Notes: a model not told the origin generated them from the sequence alone. 45,177 nucleotides of DNA, filler included, from Jimgerdemannia flammicorona (GCA_003990765.1; 2 parts of 2 records of this genome joined end to end with filler, not necessarily neighbours in it); one strand, 5' to 3'. Positions 23,781 through 37,468 are shown, counted from the first letter of the whole stretch. Translations and numbers: made by a program.

Positions 23781-26700
23781 CAAGTAGCAAGTCTTAGTGT
23801 AAATCAAGCTCAAGCTATACTCATTTTCAAAGGCCTAGTCAAAGGGAAAGAAGTTCAAGTACTTATAGACAGCAGAGCTGTAGGAAACTTCATCAATCAG
23901 AATCTCATTGAAAGCCTCAAGATCCTTACCAAGCCTACACCCAAGAACAATAGTATAGTTACTGCAGATGATACTCTGCACTCTATTGAGTCAATTGCTG
24001 CCAAACTGCCCATCAAGATCCAGAAATATTGGGAATGAGTAGACTTTGAGGTTGCACTACTAGGAGATTATGATCTGATCTTAGAAAAACCCTAGCTTAT
24101 GAAATACAACCCAGACATTGATTGGTGCAAGATTGAAGTCACTCTACTTCAAGATAGAGCTAATATTATGATCAAGACAGACAAGACTATGAACAAGACT
24201 CAGATTGCAACACTGTTAGCTATATAGTACAAGAAAGTACTCAAAAAGGCAATGCATGTCTTTATTATAATGATCTGCTCCAAGAAATAAGACAAGAGAC
24301 TATCAGTCAATGAAAGCATCAAGCTACTACTAGAAGAATTCAAGATGTCTTTCCAGACAAGCTACCTGGTCTACCACCTATACAAGAAGTTGATCATGAA
24401 ATTGAACTGACCCCAGGAGCTGTACCACTTAAGAAACACATATACTATATATCACTACTTAAAATTGAAGTAGTCAAGAAGGAACTAGAAGAACTACTTA
24501 CACAAGAAGCCATCCAGCCAAGTAAATCTCCTTATGGCTCACCAGTCCTATTTGTCAAGAAGAAGGATAGTACTCTGTGAATATATATAGACTATTGTAT
24601 ACTCAACAAACTCACTGTCAAGAACTGCTATCTGCTACTCTTGATTAATCAAATCTTTGATGCTCTCAAGAATGACAAATACTTTACCAAGTTAGACCTT
24701 ATGTCAGGATACCACCAGATTTAAATCAAGTTAGAAGATATTTCCAAGACTGTGTTCATGACTTCCTTTAGACTCTACAAATTCCTAGTCTTAGCATTTG
24801 GTCTCACCAATGTACCTGCTACATTCTAGACTCTGATGAACAAGATATTCAAGGACTAACTATTTATTTTCCTGTTGGTATATCTTGATGATATCCTGAT
24901 CTTTAGTGCAACTAAAGAAGAACACCTTAAATACATTTGAATAGTCCTGGAGATCCTGTGAAAATACAAGCTTTATGCCAAGCTCAAGAAGTGTGAATTC
25001 TTCAAGAAATAAGTCAAATATCTTGGCCACATTGTCTCTGTATAAGGAATTCAAGTAGACCCACATAAGATAAAAGCAATTGAAGAATGGCCCATTCCAT
25101 CAAACCTCACAGAACTCTGATCCTTCCTTGGTCTAGCTGGCTATTACTGCTGCTTTGCCAGAAACTTCTCTGGTATTGCTGAGTCACTGACTAACCTCAT
25201 GAGGAAGGCTCTGCACTCAGACCACTATGTACCCTACACCTAGGATCTCTTCTGTCAATAAGCCTTTTAAGAACTCAAGAACTGCCTGACCCATACTCCA
25301 GTCCTGCATAATGCAGATCAAGGTCTAAAATTTATAGTTACTACTGATGTATCAAATTTTACCATTAGAGCAGTCCTGTTACAAGATGATGGCAAAGAAT
25401 ATCACCCTATTGCTTTCAAGTCCTGCAAGCTAGCCCCAGCTGAACAAAAGCTAGCTACTTACAAGAAGGAACTACTAGCAATAATACATGCACTAGATCA
25501 CTAGCAATGCTATCTAGAAGGTATTGAGTTTGATATCATTACTGATCATCAATCTCTCAAGTACATCAACACCCAACCTACTCTATCATATCTATAAGTC
25601 AAGTAGAGCCTCAAGCTTCAAACCTTCAATCTGACAATCATCTATAAGCCTGGCAAAACACTTATAGTACCAGATGCCTTATCAAGATACCCAGACCTTA
25701 CCACAATCATGCAAGTTACCTTAGCATCAGAATTCCTAAACTAAATTAGACAAGCTTATAAAGAAGACACAGTTGTCACTAGAGTTTTCTCAAATAAACT
25801 CAAGGATACATATACTGTTGAGAACAACCTGATCTATCATCAAGATCAAGTCTATCTATCTGAAAACATAAACCTACACTACAAGGTTTTGCAAGAACAC
25901 TATGACTCCCCCCTTGCCAGTTACCTGAGAATTGAGAAGACTGTTAAGAACATCTAATACCACTACTATTGGCCAAACATGGTCAAGGAAATCAAGAACT
26001 ATATTACTAGCTGTGATCTATATCAGTATAATAAGTCTACTAACCAAGCATCTATTGGTCTGCTATAACTACTATTAATTCCTACCAAGAAGTTTGAGCA
26101 AGTCACCATGGACTTTGTAACTCAACTACTATGAACTCAATCTGATACTGATACTATTGTCATATTTATTAACCACCTGATCAAGACTATGGTTGCTGAA
26201 TCAACCACTACCAATACTACTGCACCATATTACAAGAATCTTCTTTAAGTCCATCTTCCATCACTATGGCTTACCATGAGTAATTATTAGTGATCATAAC
26301 CCCAAGTTTACCAGTCACTTCTGGCAAACTCTCTTCAAGACTCTGGAAACCCAATTGACTATGTCTACTGTCTTTTACCTACAAACTGATAGACAAACTG
26401 AGTATATGAACAGAACTCTAGAACAAATGCTTAGAAACTATGTTTCTTACAAGCAAGATGATTGGGACATCTATCTGACTTATGCAGAGTTTATATACAA
26501 CAATGCTGTCCAATCATCTACTGGTCTTTCCTCTTTCTAGCTACTCCATAGTCAAGATCCCAAGACCCCTGCAAGTCTATTTCCTTTCAAGAAAACCAGT
26601 CAAATACAAGTCCCAACTACCAAGAACCTTATAGACAAAATAGACAAACTACTTAAGATTGTTACTATAAATCTTCAGAAAGCTCAATAGTATCAAGCCA

Positions 26701-27483
26701 AGTATGCTAACAAGAAATACCATAATATCACTTATACTATTGGAGATCAAGTCCTACTGTCTACCGAGAACCTCAAGATACAATCTCAAGTCAACTGCTC
26801 TTTGAATAAGTTCCAACCCAAGTATATTGGACCTTTTGAGATCACTGAATAGGTCTCTGCATCCTCCTATCATCTCAAGCTATCTGAAACTATGAGAGTA
26901 CACCCAGTATTTCATGTGTCACACCTCAAGACCTGGAACCAGTCACTACCCTACTCTGGTCAAATTTCTAAGCCTTCCACCTCTGTGATTATTAAAGACC
27001 ATATCAAGTATAAAGCTAAGAAACTCCTTGACAAATGAATCTACTACTGCCATCCTAAATACCTAGTTAAGTGGATGGGTTATTCTAAATATGATACTAT
27101 CTGAGAACTACTGGTCAACCTCAAGAACTCTCAAGATCTAGTTCAAGACTTCAAGGCAAAACACATTGCTCAATCTCTGTAGTGACTTCTTTGGATTATT
27201 AATGACCTATAGTAATGACCAGTACCTTATACATCAGAAGTTTACTTTGGAACCCCAGAACCAACAGAACATTTAATGAACAAGAAGTCCATTGAAATGA
27301 AGCTACTAGCTAGGTTTAAACCTCTCCTAGTTGATTAGTTTAGTAATAGGCCCTCTGCCCTATATAAGAATGGCCAATCTCCACCAATGTGCTAATACAA
27401 GTTTGAGAAATTTTGGTTAAGTATATCTAGTCTTGTGTTACCTAAGAACTCAATGAGGATATTGGTTCTTAAGGAGGGAGGGA

Positions 27484-27947
27484 TGTAACAATTTCACAGT
27501 TATATTTAGTCTTAGTATATTTTTGTATCTTTTAGTTAGTCTTTTCTTATTATTTCTTGAATATTCTACTATATTCCATCACCTTCTACTTGCTTAGAAA
27601 TCTTCTCTCAGCACCCAGACACTACTAGAACATTCTTATCTTTTCTTAGCACCAAGCATCTTATCTTAGCTAGTTATGGAACCTTTCAGAACATTGTAGA
27701 ATAGTATTAGTCAGCTTTGTCAAGAATCTATTTCTTGGTATTTTTCTTTCTTTTCAAGATCCTTCTGGATCTTTCTTTTAGATTATGTATAAATATCCTT
27801 GTTCTCTGCCTGAATAAAGCTCAGAATATTTTCTCTCAGAAATCCTTCAAGAACACTTAAACCTTTAAGAATCTCTTCAAGCTACTTTAGATCAACTAGA
27901 ACTTTCATATTTAGCCACTTCCTCTTAAAGAAACTAGAACTATTACA
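27484..27947 (+). repeat. 3' LTR of G (464 bp)
   Basis: TGTAAC...ATTACA; AATAAA at ~27813. Confidence 0.95.
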
Positions 27948-30334
27948 AACTCTCACAAAAACTGCTCCATCCACTAGTCCTAGGCCTTGATGAGTTTGTC
28001 ATCTATTGTGAGTATGATAACTGTTATATCCAAGCTCTTCTCAAAGGTAATAGTGTCATGGTAGTTGTGTAATTAGAATAGGATAGCCATGTTGGCCACA
28101 AACAGGACCCCAAAACCATAGGTAAGGTTATACTAGACTCTGCTACTATTCTTCCAGATTGGATCCTTCCTTTCTGAAATGTAAAATATTATCAGAGTGA
28201 TATTATTATTTGTATATATGAGTAGAGAAATATTACATCTGATATATCCTAATATGATATGAGCATATAGTTGAGTGAACCCTTAGCCCAGGACCTCATA
28301 CTGCCAGGCTATACTAGTGGATGCCTACTCTTAGTTTAGCCCTGGGAGCCCTAGCTTGGAAATCTGCTAAAATAGAAAGCATCTAGTTAGTCTTTTTTAT
28401 ATATAGGAGGGCAAAAACCCTCTAGACCACAGAAACCCCCTGGACTGCAGTACCAAAAAAGCAAAGCTCTTTATCTCATATGGTATGCTAAATTATACTA
28501 AGAATATATATATAGCCATATTGAGATTACTACTAAGCTGGCCTACTATATGTTCTATCTGCTCAAAGAATCCCAGATCATAGCCACTATCACTGTATAG
28601 GCCATATTATGCTCACATATAGTTTGCTCTTTAATAGTACTTTTAAAGTTCTGATAGGGGTATAGAATCTTGTGTATCTCTGGAATTGTATCAAAAAGAG
28701 TATGTTGGTGAAGAGAGTGATTATTTAGAGAGGAGAAAAAAAAAAAAGAGAGATAAGTATAGGAGATTTCAGAACTCTGGAACCCACTCTTCACTAGTAT
28801 TATAGTATATCCAATTCCTGTCCAAACCCCCCCTTTTTGCTTTTTTTGCTCTCTCTTTTCTACTATCTAGTATTTTATACAATTCTCACAAATCTTATTA
28901 ATGTGGTAGTAAAGCTCATTACTATAAAGATTCATTACCACTATTGTAACCACCTCTTTATAATCATTAATAATGATATAGTTCTCTTCATCATTGATTA
29001 CTCTTACTGGCCAATGGATCTCTTAGTTGAGAATGATTGGCTCTGATTCAAATATAGATCTCCAAGCCTTGATGATGATGCTAGTACTACTCATACTGAA
29101 CGTCTTGCCCTCAAATTTCTCTATTTGATCAGACACTAAATATGGTTGAACTCAGGTAACTTTGAACTCTCTTTTCCAATAGAACTGAGTTCTAATCTAA
29201 GGGACTGAGATAAGTATGCAGGTGGATTGTATGTGGATAGGTTTCATGCAGATAAGTTACATACAGATGGGTTGTATGTAGACAGATTACATGTAAGTAT
29301 TATGTTGGTATTTTTAGAGGAGACTACATAAAAATAAAGTTAAATAAAACATAGAGATAGGTATTTTAGAAAAAGAGCATAAGTGATAAGTTATATACTG
29401 ATGAGTTATATGAGTTAAACAAGATTGCTTATAAAGACTTACTTCTATTCCTTTTGAGACCTCTGCCATACAATATATTGACTCAATAGCTCAGCCACCA
29501 AAGATATACCCTGCAATGTCTACTAGCCTTTCTTCATCTTAACTAGATATTGTAAATAAAGTCAGTAGATCTTACTATAGAGCTATAGATCCTAAAAAAA
29601 AGCATAAGGTAAATTGAGTTATGTATGAGGGGAAATATTAAAAAAGTAAATACAAGTAAATAAATAGTAGTAGAATGAGCAATCTATATCTACTATCAGC
29701 TGTCCCAAAAAGGCTATCACATATATAGCTATGAGGTCTTTAAATTCTGAGATCTGAAGGGCTTTCATGAGTTGTTGCTGGAATTCTCCCTTATCTCTAC
29801 CATTACTACTATCATTGCCATTGCCACCACTATTACTACTGTTATTGCCTCTTTGGCTCTCAATGAGTAGCTTATGTACTACCCATATGAGAAAAAATCT
29901 AATATTGTCAGCAGAGAGTGTATTTCCATCTCAAATACTCTCTCTTTTAATAATTATTACAGGGTAAAAAAAAATGAGTAGACTGGACCAATATATGATT
30001 AAGGGCTGCTATTTTATTTACTCATAATATAGTAGGAAAGAAAAAGAATAAAGAAAAAGAATAAAGAAAGAACAAAAGAAGAGAGAGAACAAAAGAAAGA
30101 GTGATATCATCAAAGTGTAGCAGAAAAAAAAAACAGAGTGAAAAATAAACAAAAGAAAGAGTAATGTCACCAAAAATTTCATATGATTAATCTAGATAGA
30201 TTAATCCAGATGGATCAATTCAGATGGATTAATCCAGATCAGATCATGAGATCAATCTGAGTTGATTTAAATTCATTACATGATAAATCTGAATCAAATC
30301 TCATCTAGATCAATTCCATCCATTTAGAGCAATA
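27948..30334 (+). mobile_element. right arm of an older hAT copy (H1), interrupted by G
   Basis: Colinear with 34928-37482. Ends in degraded TIR CATTTAGAGCAATA. Confidence 0.9.
27953..29957 (-). pseudogene. degraded second copy of the TET/JBP-like cargo gene
   Basis: Homologous exon by exon to 34933-37068. HTD has mutated to YTN. Confidence 0.75.
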
Positions 30335-30665
30335 GTAATAAGTATAAGCCTATAATTCTACAAGTAATAAGTATAAGCTGAGAGCTTTAAATATTATAAT
30401 AAGTATAAGCCTATAATCTCATAAGTAATAAAAACCCACAAGTCTGCAATCCTGTAAGCAATAAGTATAAGTCAAGAGCTTTGAATATTATAACAAGTGT
30501 AAGTCTACAATCTCATAAGTAATAAAAGTCTATAAGTCTGTAATTCTGTAAGTAACAAGTACATATAAGCTGAGAGCTTTAATATTGTAATAAGTATAAG
30601 CCTACCCATAAGTCTGCAAGTAATAAGTATAAGCTGAGAGCTTTAGATATTATAACAAGTATAGG
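30335..30665 (+). repeat. degenerate AT-rich minisatellite
   Basis: Recurring GTAATAAGTATAAGCCTATAAT and AAGCTGAGAGCTTT modules. Confidence 0.75.
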
Positions 30666-31089
30666 TAAAATATATATAAATAAGCTAACTTTAATAATAA
30701 AAAATAAACTAAAAACCAAAAATCAAAAAATAATCTTACTTTATAAAAAACTTCAATTCTATATTGATCATCTTTCTGAAGTCTTTGAGGATATAAATAA
30801 TACTATCAATAGGATTGTTATCTGGTTAGATAATGAAGAATCTAAGACTGATAATAAATATAAAAAGAAGAAAAAGAAGATTAAAGAAATAATTAAGTAA
30901 TTCAACTCAAGGACTATATCTGAAACTATCTCTTAGACTACTCTGAAGTCTCTACTTCTGAGATCTCTAAAGATACTGCTCAAGCTCAAGCTATTATCTA
31001 AGTTCAAGCTACTACTTAAGTCTAAGCCTAAGCTACTGTTGCTATTCAAACTACTACCTAAGTTGCTGTCTAAGCTAGTGCTCCGAATG

Positions 31090-31410
31090 AGTCAATTCAA
31101 ATCAAATCTGGATTCAATTCGTCACATGACGGTTCGATCCGAATCTCAAATCTGAAGTCATCTGAATCAACTCAGATTAATCTGAATCATCTCATCCAAA
31201 TCACCCTATCCGAATCACCCATCCGAACCACCCCAATCCAAATCACTCAATCTGAATTACTCAATTTGAATCACTCAATCTGAATCACTCAATCTGAATC
31301 ACTCAATCCAAATCACTCAATCCAAATCCTCCAATTCAAATCCTCCAATTCGAATTCTCCAATCTGAATTCTCATCCGAATCCTTCAATCAAATCCTCCA
31401 ATCCAAATCC
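31090..31410 (+). repeat. left subterminal repeats of hAT
   Basis: Tandem ~14-bp ATCCGAATCACTCA / ATCCGAATCCTCCA units with C>T variants. Confidence 0.85.
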
Positions 31411-31502
31411 TCTATATGACTCATATGCTGGACGTATCCACAATACATTACATATACACACATATACAACACACATACACACATACATATGCACATGCAA
31501 AT

Positions 31503-34084
31503 ATGCAAACACACATGTTGACAGATCAGTCTTCAACAGTTCACAGTACTGATGATGCTTCAAGTCAAACATCTCTGATAGTTCCACACCTTCCACGCAA
31601 TCCTTGCTCTGAAATCTGGCAATATTGTGCTAAGATAGGAGATGATGTTATTTGTAATTATTGTAGGTAAAAAATTAAGACGCATCTATTGACTTGTTTG
31701 ACACACACATGATATTGTTTCATCCACCCCCATAAACTGCACCAGCCAGAAGTTCAAAATGCTTGATGGTATGACCTCGAACATGAATTAACACATAAAA
31801 GACAAGCACTCTGACAAATCAAAAAGAACATGGAGATAAATAAAATCGACATCCAAGCTGTGGTGGATATGTTTATCTGATTGCCTAACTATTTTTATAC
31901 CAACAATGCCATTTAATCAAAAATATTTAGCCATACTCTTCAGCAGAATTTCAAAATCAGCTTATTCGCTAGATTGTATGCACAGACCAGCCATTCACAA
32001 CCATTGAGAGTGATCAATTGCATAGCATCTTTGGTCTCCTCAAGCATGATTTATATTTACCAAGTGCTGATACTATTCGTAAAGATGTCCTGGAGGCCTA
32101 TAGGAAGGAGCACGACAATCTCTGCCAGACATTTCAGATAAAATAAGGGCAGCACTGTGACCTTTGCAAGCTGAATTATATAAAAGAGCTCACCAATTTA
32201 ACCTTACATTCAATAAGCAGAATTCAGCAGGCAAAATTTCATTTACGATTGACACATAGACATCCCCCAATGCAATTTCATTTCTGGGCATTACCAGTCA
32301 TTGGATTGACCTTGATTGGTAGCTTAAATCTCTCACCCTTGACCGTCAAACTTACTGGCCCTTATTCTGGAGACAACATTGCAGATGCTTTTATTAGTTG
32401 TATCTGGGAGCTTGGGATCACAACCAAGGTAAAAAAAGGGGGGCTTGCCATCAGGTCAGTATTTTGAGGGAGGTCCTTAAATAGAACAGATTTTGTTGGT
32501 TATTTATTTTCACATAATTTGCCAACCAAATATTTCAAGTACAGATTTTGGCCATTATGATGGACAATATCACAAACAACTCAACATTTTTCCAAGCTTT
32601 AGCAGCTAGCCTTAAACAGGAAAACATGGCCTTTGGTGCAGAAAGCTGCCATATGCGATGCCAGGCCCACATACTGAACCTTGCTATTCAGGACTATCTT
32701 ATATACATAGACAAAATATCTGAGAGAGGAGGGGCCCTGAATATAATTTCCAAGCTATACAAACTGGTTGTGTCAGTCTGATCATCCCTACAATGACGAG
32801 ACAAATTCACTGCACAGTGTAGGGCAATCAGTTTAGCCCCGAAAGAGCTTATATTGGATGTCTGTATGCATTGGAACTCAATATTTGCAATGATCCAGCA
32901 CACGCTGGAGTTTGCTGTGGTATACATCCTTTTTTTCTTCAGTTGGCTGAAGCAACTGTTTTGAATAATGGAAGATTTATTTTAAAAAATTAAAAAAAAA
33001 AAAAGCCAATAGATTCAATGATGGCTGCCAACAAGGAAATATGGGCCAAGGCTCTAGGTGAAAGTAAGTGGGACATACTTAGGAATGCTGTCAGAGTTTT
33101 GGAAGTAAGTGGTGATTGCTCTGGCTCTACACTCATTTTGTCTGCCTCTACACTATACAACACCTCACTATATATAACTGCCAGTGTTTTGATGATTGTA
33201 CGAAGGATATAGTCAAACAAATGACCTCGACAATAAGCTCTACGATACCAGTATATAATCTTCTGATTGACCGGCTAGAGGACAAGCTCAAGGACAGGCT
33301 GGAGGGTTGTAGTGATTTATGGTTAAGGCCGGATCAGAGAGACACCGTAGAGGTTACTCTAAGCAAGCTCAGGAAATACTACTCCCAAACAGATACTGCC
33401 GTATACTCAATCAGTACAGGTATGTCAATGTTGGCATGTGGCCGTTGCCCCTTCCAAAACAGAGGAAACCCCACAAAAACTCACTCTCCTTTTCTTCGAA
33501 CAGTGCTGGACCCACGCTTAAAGCTACAATACTATAAAGATCAGGGCTGGGAGCAGCACTTTATTGAGAGAACCAAGTAGGCCATAATCGAAGTGTACTG
33601 GAAAAACTATGCACTGCCACAAGGTTCTGGCTGAAGTCTGGACGAATATGCCAAGGGTTCCCTCCTGTCCCACATTTACTTCAGCAGAAAGAGGAAGAGG
33701 GAGCTGTCAGTGGAAGAGCTGCCATCAATAGATGAACTCACCATTTACCTCGCTAGTGACCACATGATCCTGCTGGAGGGTGCGGAGGTGCTCAACTGGT
33801 GGAAGGTGGGTTGTTAGGTAAGTATTATCAGGCGGGCATTGGGCCAATTTAACTCACCAATCTAACCACTGCTCTACCCACCAGAGCATACAGCTGCGTC
33901 AAATAGACTTCTCCAGTCTGTGTGGTATGGCTCAGGACTACTTGGTGATTTCTGCCTCCAGCACTCCCATCGAGTGTATGTTCTCAGATGGGGTGGACCT
34001 TGTTGCCCCAAAGAGGTGTGTACTGAATATGAGACAATCCGGACATATATGTGTCTGAAGTCTTGGTGGGACTCGGGCTGCTAA
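31503..34084 (+). pseudogene. intron-containing hAT transposase
   Basis: BED finger (SEIWQY...ICNYC / HIKDKH), DQPFTTIE, IDT*TS, MDN, RCQAHILNLAIQ, HWNS, LDPRLK, and dimerisation domain (NWWK...AQDYL...IECMFS...CLKSW). Several GT..AG introns. Confidence 0.92.
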
Positions 34085-34199
34085 AATTTGGTGGGTCTGT
34101 GGATAAGTTGGTTGACCTTGTGGAATATTTAATACCTTTCAAATTAATACCTTTCAAAATAATAAAAAAGGAAAAAAAAACCTGAGGACTCAGCCTGGA

Positions 34200-34725
34200 G
34201 TTTGTGGCCCAAGTGGGGCAGGGTTGGTGGCAGCGGTGGAGGGAGCGCGCAATATTTGCGGTCCTCAGCCAGTAGCAAAGTGCAGCCCTAAGCTGCTAGT
34301 GCCCAGGTCAGTGGGCGGGTCAGTGGGTCAGCGGAGAGAGTGTGCAAAATTTGCAGCCCTCTGCTGGTAGCAAGGGGCAGCCCCAAGCCACAAGTGTCCA
34401 GGTCAGAGGGGTAGGCAGAGGGAGCATGCAAAATTTGCAGCCCTCTGCCAGCAGCGAGGGACAGCCCCAAGCTGTCAGCACCTGGGTCAGTGGGTGGGGT
34501 CGGTTGGTGGGTTGGCGGGCATGGAGTTGGTGGAGGGAGTACACAAAATTTGTGGCCCTCTGCCGGCAGCAAGGGGCAGCCCCAAGCCACAAGTGTCTGG
34601 GACGGGCGGGGCAGGTGGAGGGAGCATGCAAAATTTGCAGCCCTCCACCAGCGGCATAGGGGCAGCCCCAAGCCACCAAGGAGTCTGGGGCAGAGGGTGC
34701 TTCTGGCAGTTGGAGGGCATTTCTG
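34200..34725 (+). repeat. GC-rich degenerate tandem repeat between the two hAT genes
   Basis: About 5 units of ~80-120 bp sharing GCAAAATTTGCAGCCCTCTGCCAGCAGCAAGGGGCAGCCCCAAGC. Confidence 0.85.
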
Positions 34726-34932
34726 GCGGTCGAAGTCACCGGTTCAGGTCCCACAGGTACCTTGGCCCTGTGCTGCAGCACTGCACTGGTGGTACTACAG
34801 AGCAGGGCCAAGGAGCCAGTAGGGCCCTACATAACGGCTAAGCTAGTGCTATATAAGAGGCGCTCGGCCCACATAAGACTGCCCAACCTGCACAAAATGG
34901 CTGCCTAACCCACATGAAAGATTGCCTAACCC

Positions 34933-37068
34933 TTACAAAAACTGCTTCACCTGCTGGTCCCAGGCCTTGATGAGCCTATCATCCATTGTGAGTGTGACAA
35001 CTGTTATGTCCGAGCTCTCCACAAAGGCGATAGTGCCATGGTGGTCATATGGTTAGAATAGGATGGCCATGTTGGCCATAAATGGGACCCCGAAACCATA
35101 GGTGAGGTTATACCAGACTCTGCCGCTGTCCTCCCAGGTTGGGCCCTTTCTTTCCGGGATGTAAAATATTACTGGGGTGACATTGTTGTCTGTGTGTGTG
35201 GGCAGAGAAAGGTTGCGCCCAACATATCCTGATGTGACATGAGTATATAGTTGGGTGAACCCTTAGCCCAGGACCTCATACTGCCAGGCTGTGCTGGTGG
35301 ATGCCTACCCTTGGTCTAGCCCCAGGAGCCCTGGCTTGGAAACCTTTCGAAACGGACAGCAACTGGTCAGTCCTTTTTATATACAGGGGGACAGAAACTC
35401 CCCAGGCTGCAGCACCCCAAAAAAGCAGAGCTCCTCACTCATACGGCATGCTAAATTATGCCAAGAATGTATGTACAGCTACACCAAGATCACCACCAAG
35501 CTGGCCTGCCATATGCTCTACCAATCTGCTTAAAGAACCCCAGATCATAGCCATCATCGCTACACAGGTCGTGTCATGCTCATGTACAGTTTGCTCTTCG
35601 ACAGCACTTCTAAAGTTCCAGTAGGGGTACAGAATCTTGTGCATCCCTAGAATTGTATCAAAAAGAGTATGTCGGCAAAGAGTGTGATTTATCTGGAGAG
35701 GGGTTAAAAAAAGAGAGACAAGTGTGGGGGATTTCGGAACTCCGGAACCCACCCTTTGCAAGTATTGCAGTATACCCAATTCTTGTCCAAACCCCCCCTC
35801 CTTGCTTTTTTCACCCCCTTTTTCCTGCCACCCAGTATTTGATGCAATCCTCGCAAATCTCGTTGATGTGGCAGCAAAGCTTGTTGCCATAGAGGTTCCT
35901 TACCACCATCGCAACCACCTCTCTGCATTTGTTAATAAAGATATGGTTCTCTTCATCATTGGTTACTCCTGCTGGCCAATGGACCCCTTGGTTGAGTACG
36001 ATTGGCTCTGATTCGAATGTAGACCCCCAAGCCTTGATGACGATGCTGGTACTGCTCATGCTGAACATCTTGCCCTCGAATTTCTCTATTTGATCAGATG
36101 CCAGATATGGTTAAACTTGGGTAACTTTGAACTCTCCTTTCCAATGGAACTGAGCTCTGATCTGAGGGACTGAGATAAGTATGCAGATAGGTTACATGCA
36201 GATGGGTTACGTGTAGGCAGGTTGCGTGTGGGTGGGTTGTGTACAGGCAGGTTGCATGCAGGTGGGTTGTAGGCAGGTTGCATGTAGGCGGATTGCATGC
36301 AGGCAGGTTGCATGTGGGTGGGTTGCATGTGGGCAGGTTGCATGCGGGCAGGTTATGTGCAGGCAGGTTGCATGCAGGCGGGTTGCATGCAGGTATGGGT
36401 GTTTTTTAGGAGGAGACCATGTAAAAATGAAATTAAATAAAACACTGAGATGGGTATTTTAGAAAAAGAACATGAGTGAGTAAGTGAGTGAGCTGCATAC
36501 TGATGAGTTGTACACTGACAAGTTGTATGCTGACAAGTTGCACAAGTTGCACAAGATTGCTCATGAAGACTTGCTTCTGTTCCTTTTGAGACCTCCGCCA
36601 TGCGATGCATTGACTCAATAGCTCAGCCACCAAAGGCATGCCCCGCAATATCCACCAGCCTTTCTTCATCTTGACCAGATGTTGTGAATAAAGTTGGCAG
36701 ATCTTGCTATAGAGCTGTGGACCCTAAGAAAAGCATGAGGTGAATTGGGTCATACTGGGGAAGTTTAAATAAATACAAGTAAACAAGTGGCAGCCAAGTG
36801 AGCAACCTACATCTACTATCGGCTGCTCCAAAAAGGCTGCTGTGTACATAGCTGTGAGATCTGTGAATTCCGAGGTCTGAAGGGCTACTATGAGTTGTTG
36901 CCAGAATTCTCCCTCATCCCCGCCATCACCATCACCATCGCCACCACCACCGCCATCACTCCTTTGGCTCTCGATGAGCAGCTTGTGTGCTGTCCATATG
37001 AGAAAGAATCTAACATTATCAGCAGAGAGTGTGTTTTCACCTTAAATACTCCCTCTTTTGATGATCAT
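34933..37068 (-). pseudogene. TET/JBP-like 2OG-Fe(II) dioxygenase cargo gene (multi-exon)
   Basis: Last exon 35343-34933 (137 codons): SGYVGRNLSLPTHTDNN...SGRVWYNLTYGFGVPFMANMAILF*PYDHHGTIAF. HxD at 35188-35196, distal His at 35038-35040. Upstream exon boundaries are approximate. Confidence 0.7.
36180..36395 (+). repeat. 15-bp intronic minisatellite (about 14 copies)
   Basis: Unit GCAGGCAGGTTGCAT. Confidence 0.9.
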
Positions 37069-37297
37069 TGCAGAGTGAAAAATGAGTAGACTGGACCAAC
37101 ATATGAATTAAGGGCTGCTGTTTTGTTTGCTTGTAATGCAGTAGGAAAGAACAAAGAAAAAGAACAAAGAAAAAGAACAAAGAAAAGAACAAAAGAAGAG
37201 AGGGAGTAAAAGAAAAGGGTGATGTCACCAAAGTGCAGTAGGAAAAAAAAAACAAGAGTGAAATGAATAAAAGAAAGGGTGATGTCACCAAAGATTT

Positions 37298-37468
37298 CAA
37301 TCCAGATGGATCAATCTGGATGGACTAATCCAGATAGATCAATCTGGATGGACCAATCCAGATGGACCAATCCAGATCAATCTAGATCAGATTACGAGAC
37401 CAATCTAAGTTGATTCGAATCTATCATATGATGAATCTGAATCAAATCTCATCCGGATCAACTCCATC
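37298..37468 (+). repeat. right subterminal repeats of hAT
   Basis: Tandem AATCCAGATGGACC / AATCTGGATGGACC, ancestrally AATCCGGATGG. Confidence 0.85.

Larger units (their letters stand above)
22640..27947 (+). mobile_element. chromovirus-type Ty3/Gypsy copy G (gag-dUTPase-PR-RT-RH-IN-chromodomain-3' LTR; 5' end lost in the gap)
   Basis: Knuckle FCCQIGHITTKC (~23260), LIDSRAVGNFI (~23860), YLDD (~24880), GPF (~26830), chromodomain YLVKWMGY (~27060), PPT ~27471-27483. Confidence 0.95.

Noticed and set aside
34288..34841. Six overlapping ORFs of 77-163 aa
   Set aside because: By-products of a GC-rich tandem repeat that is open in several frames on both strands.
36086..36462. MQPAH / RQVAC repeat proteins
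   Set aside because: Translations of a 15-bp intronic minisatellite.
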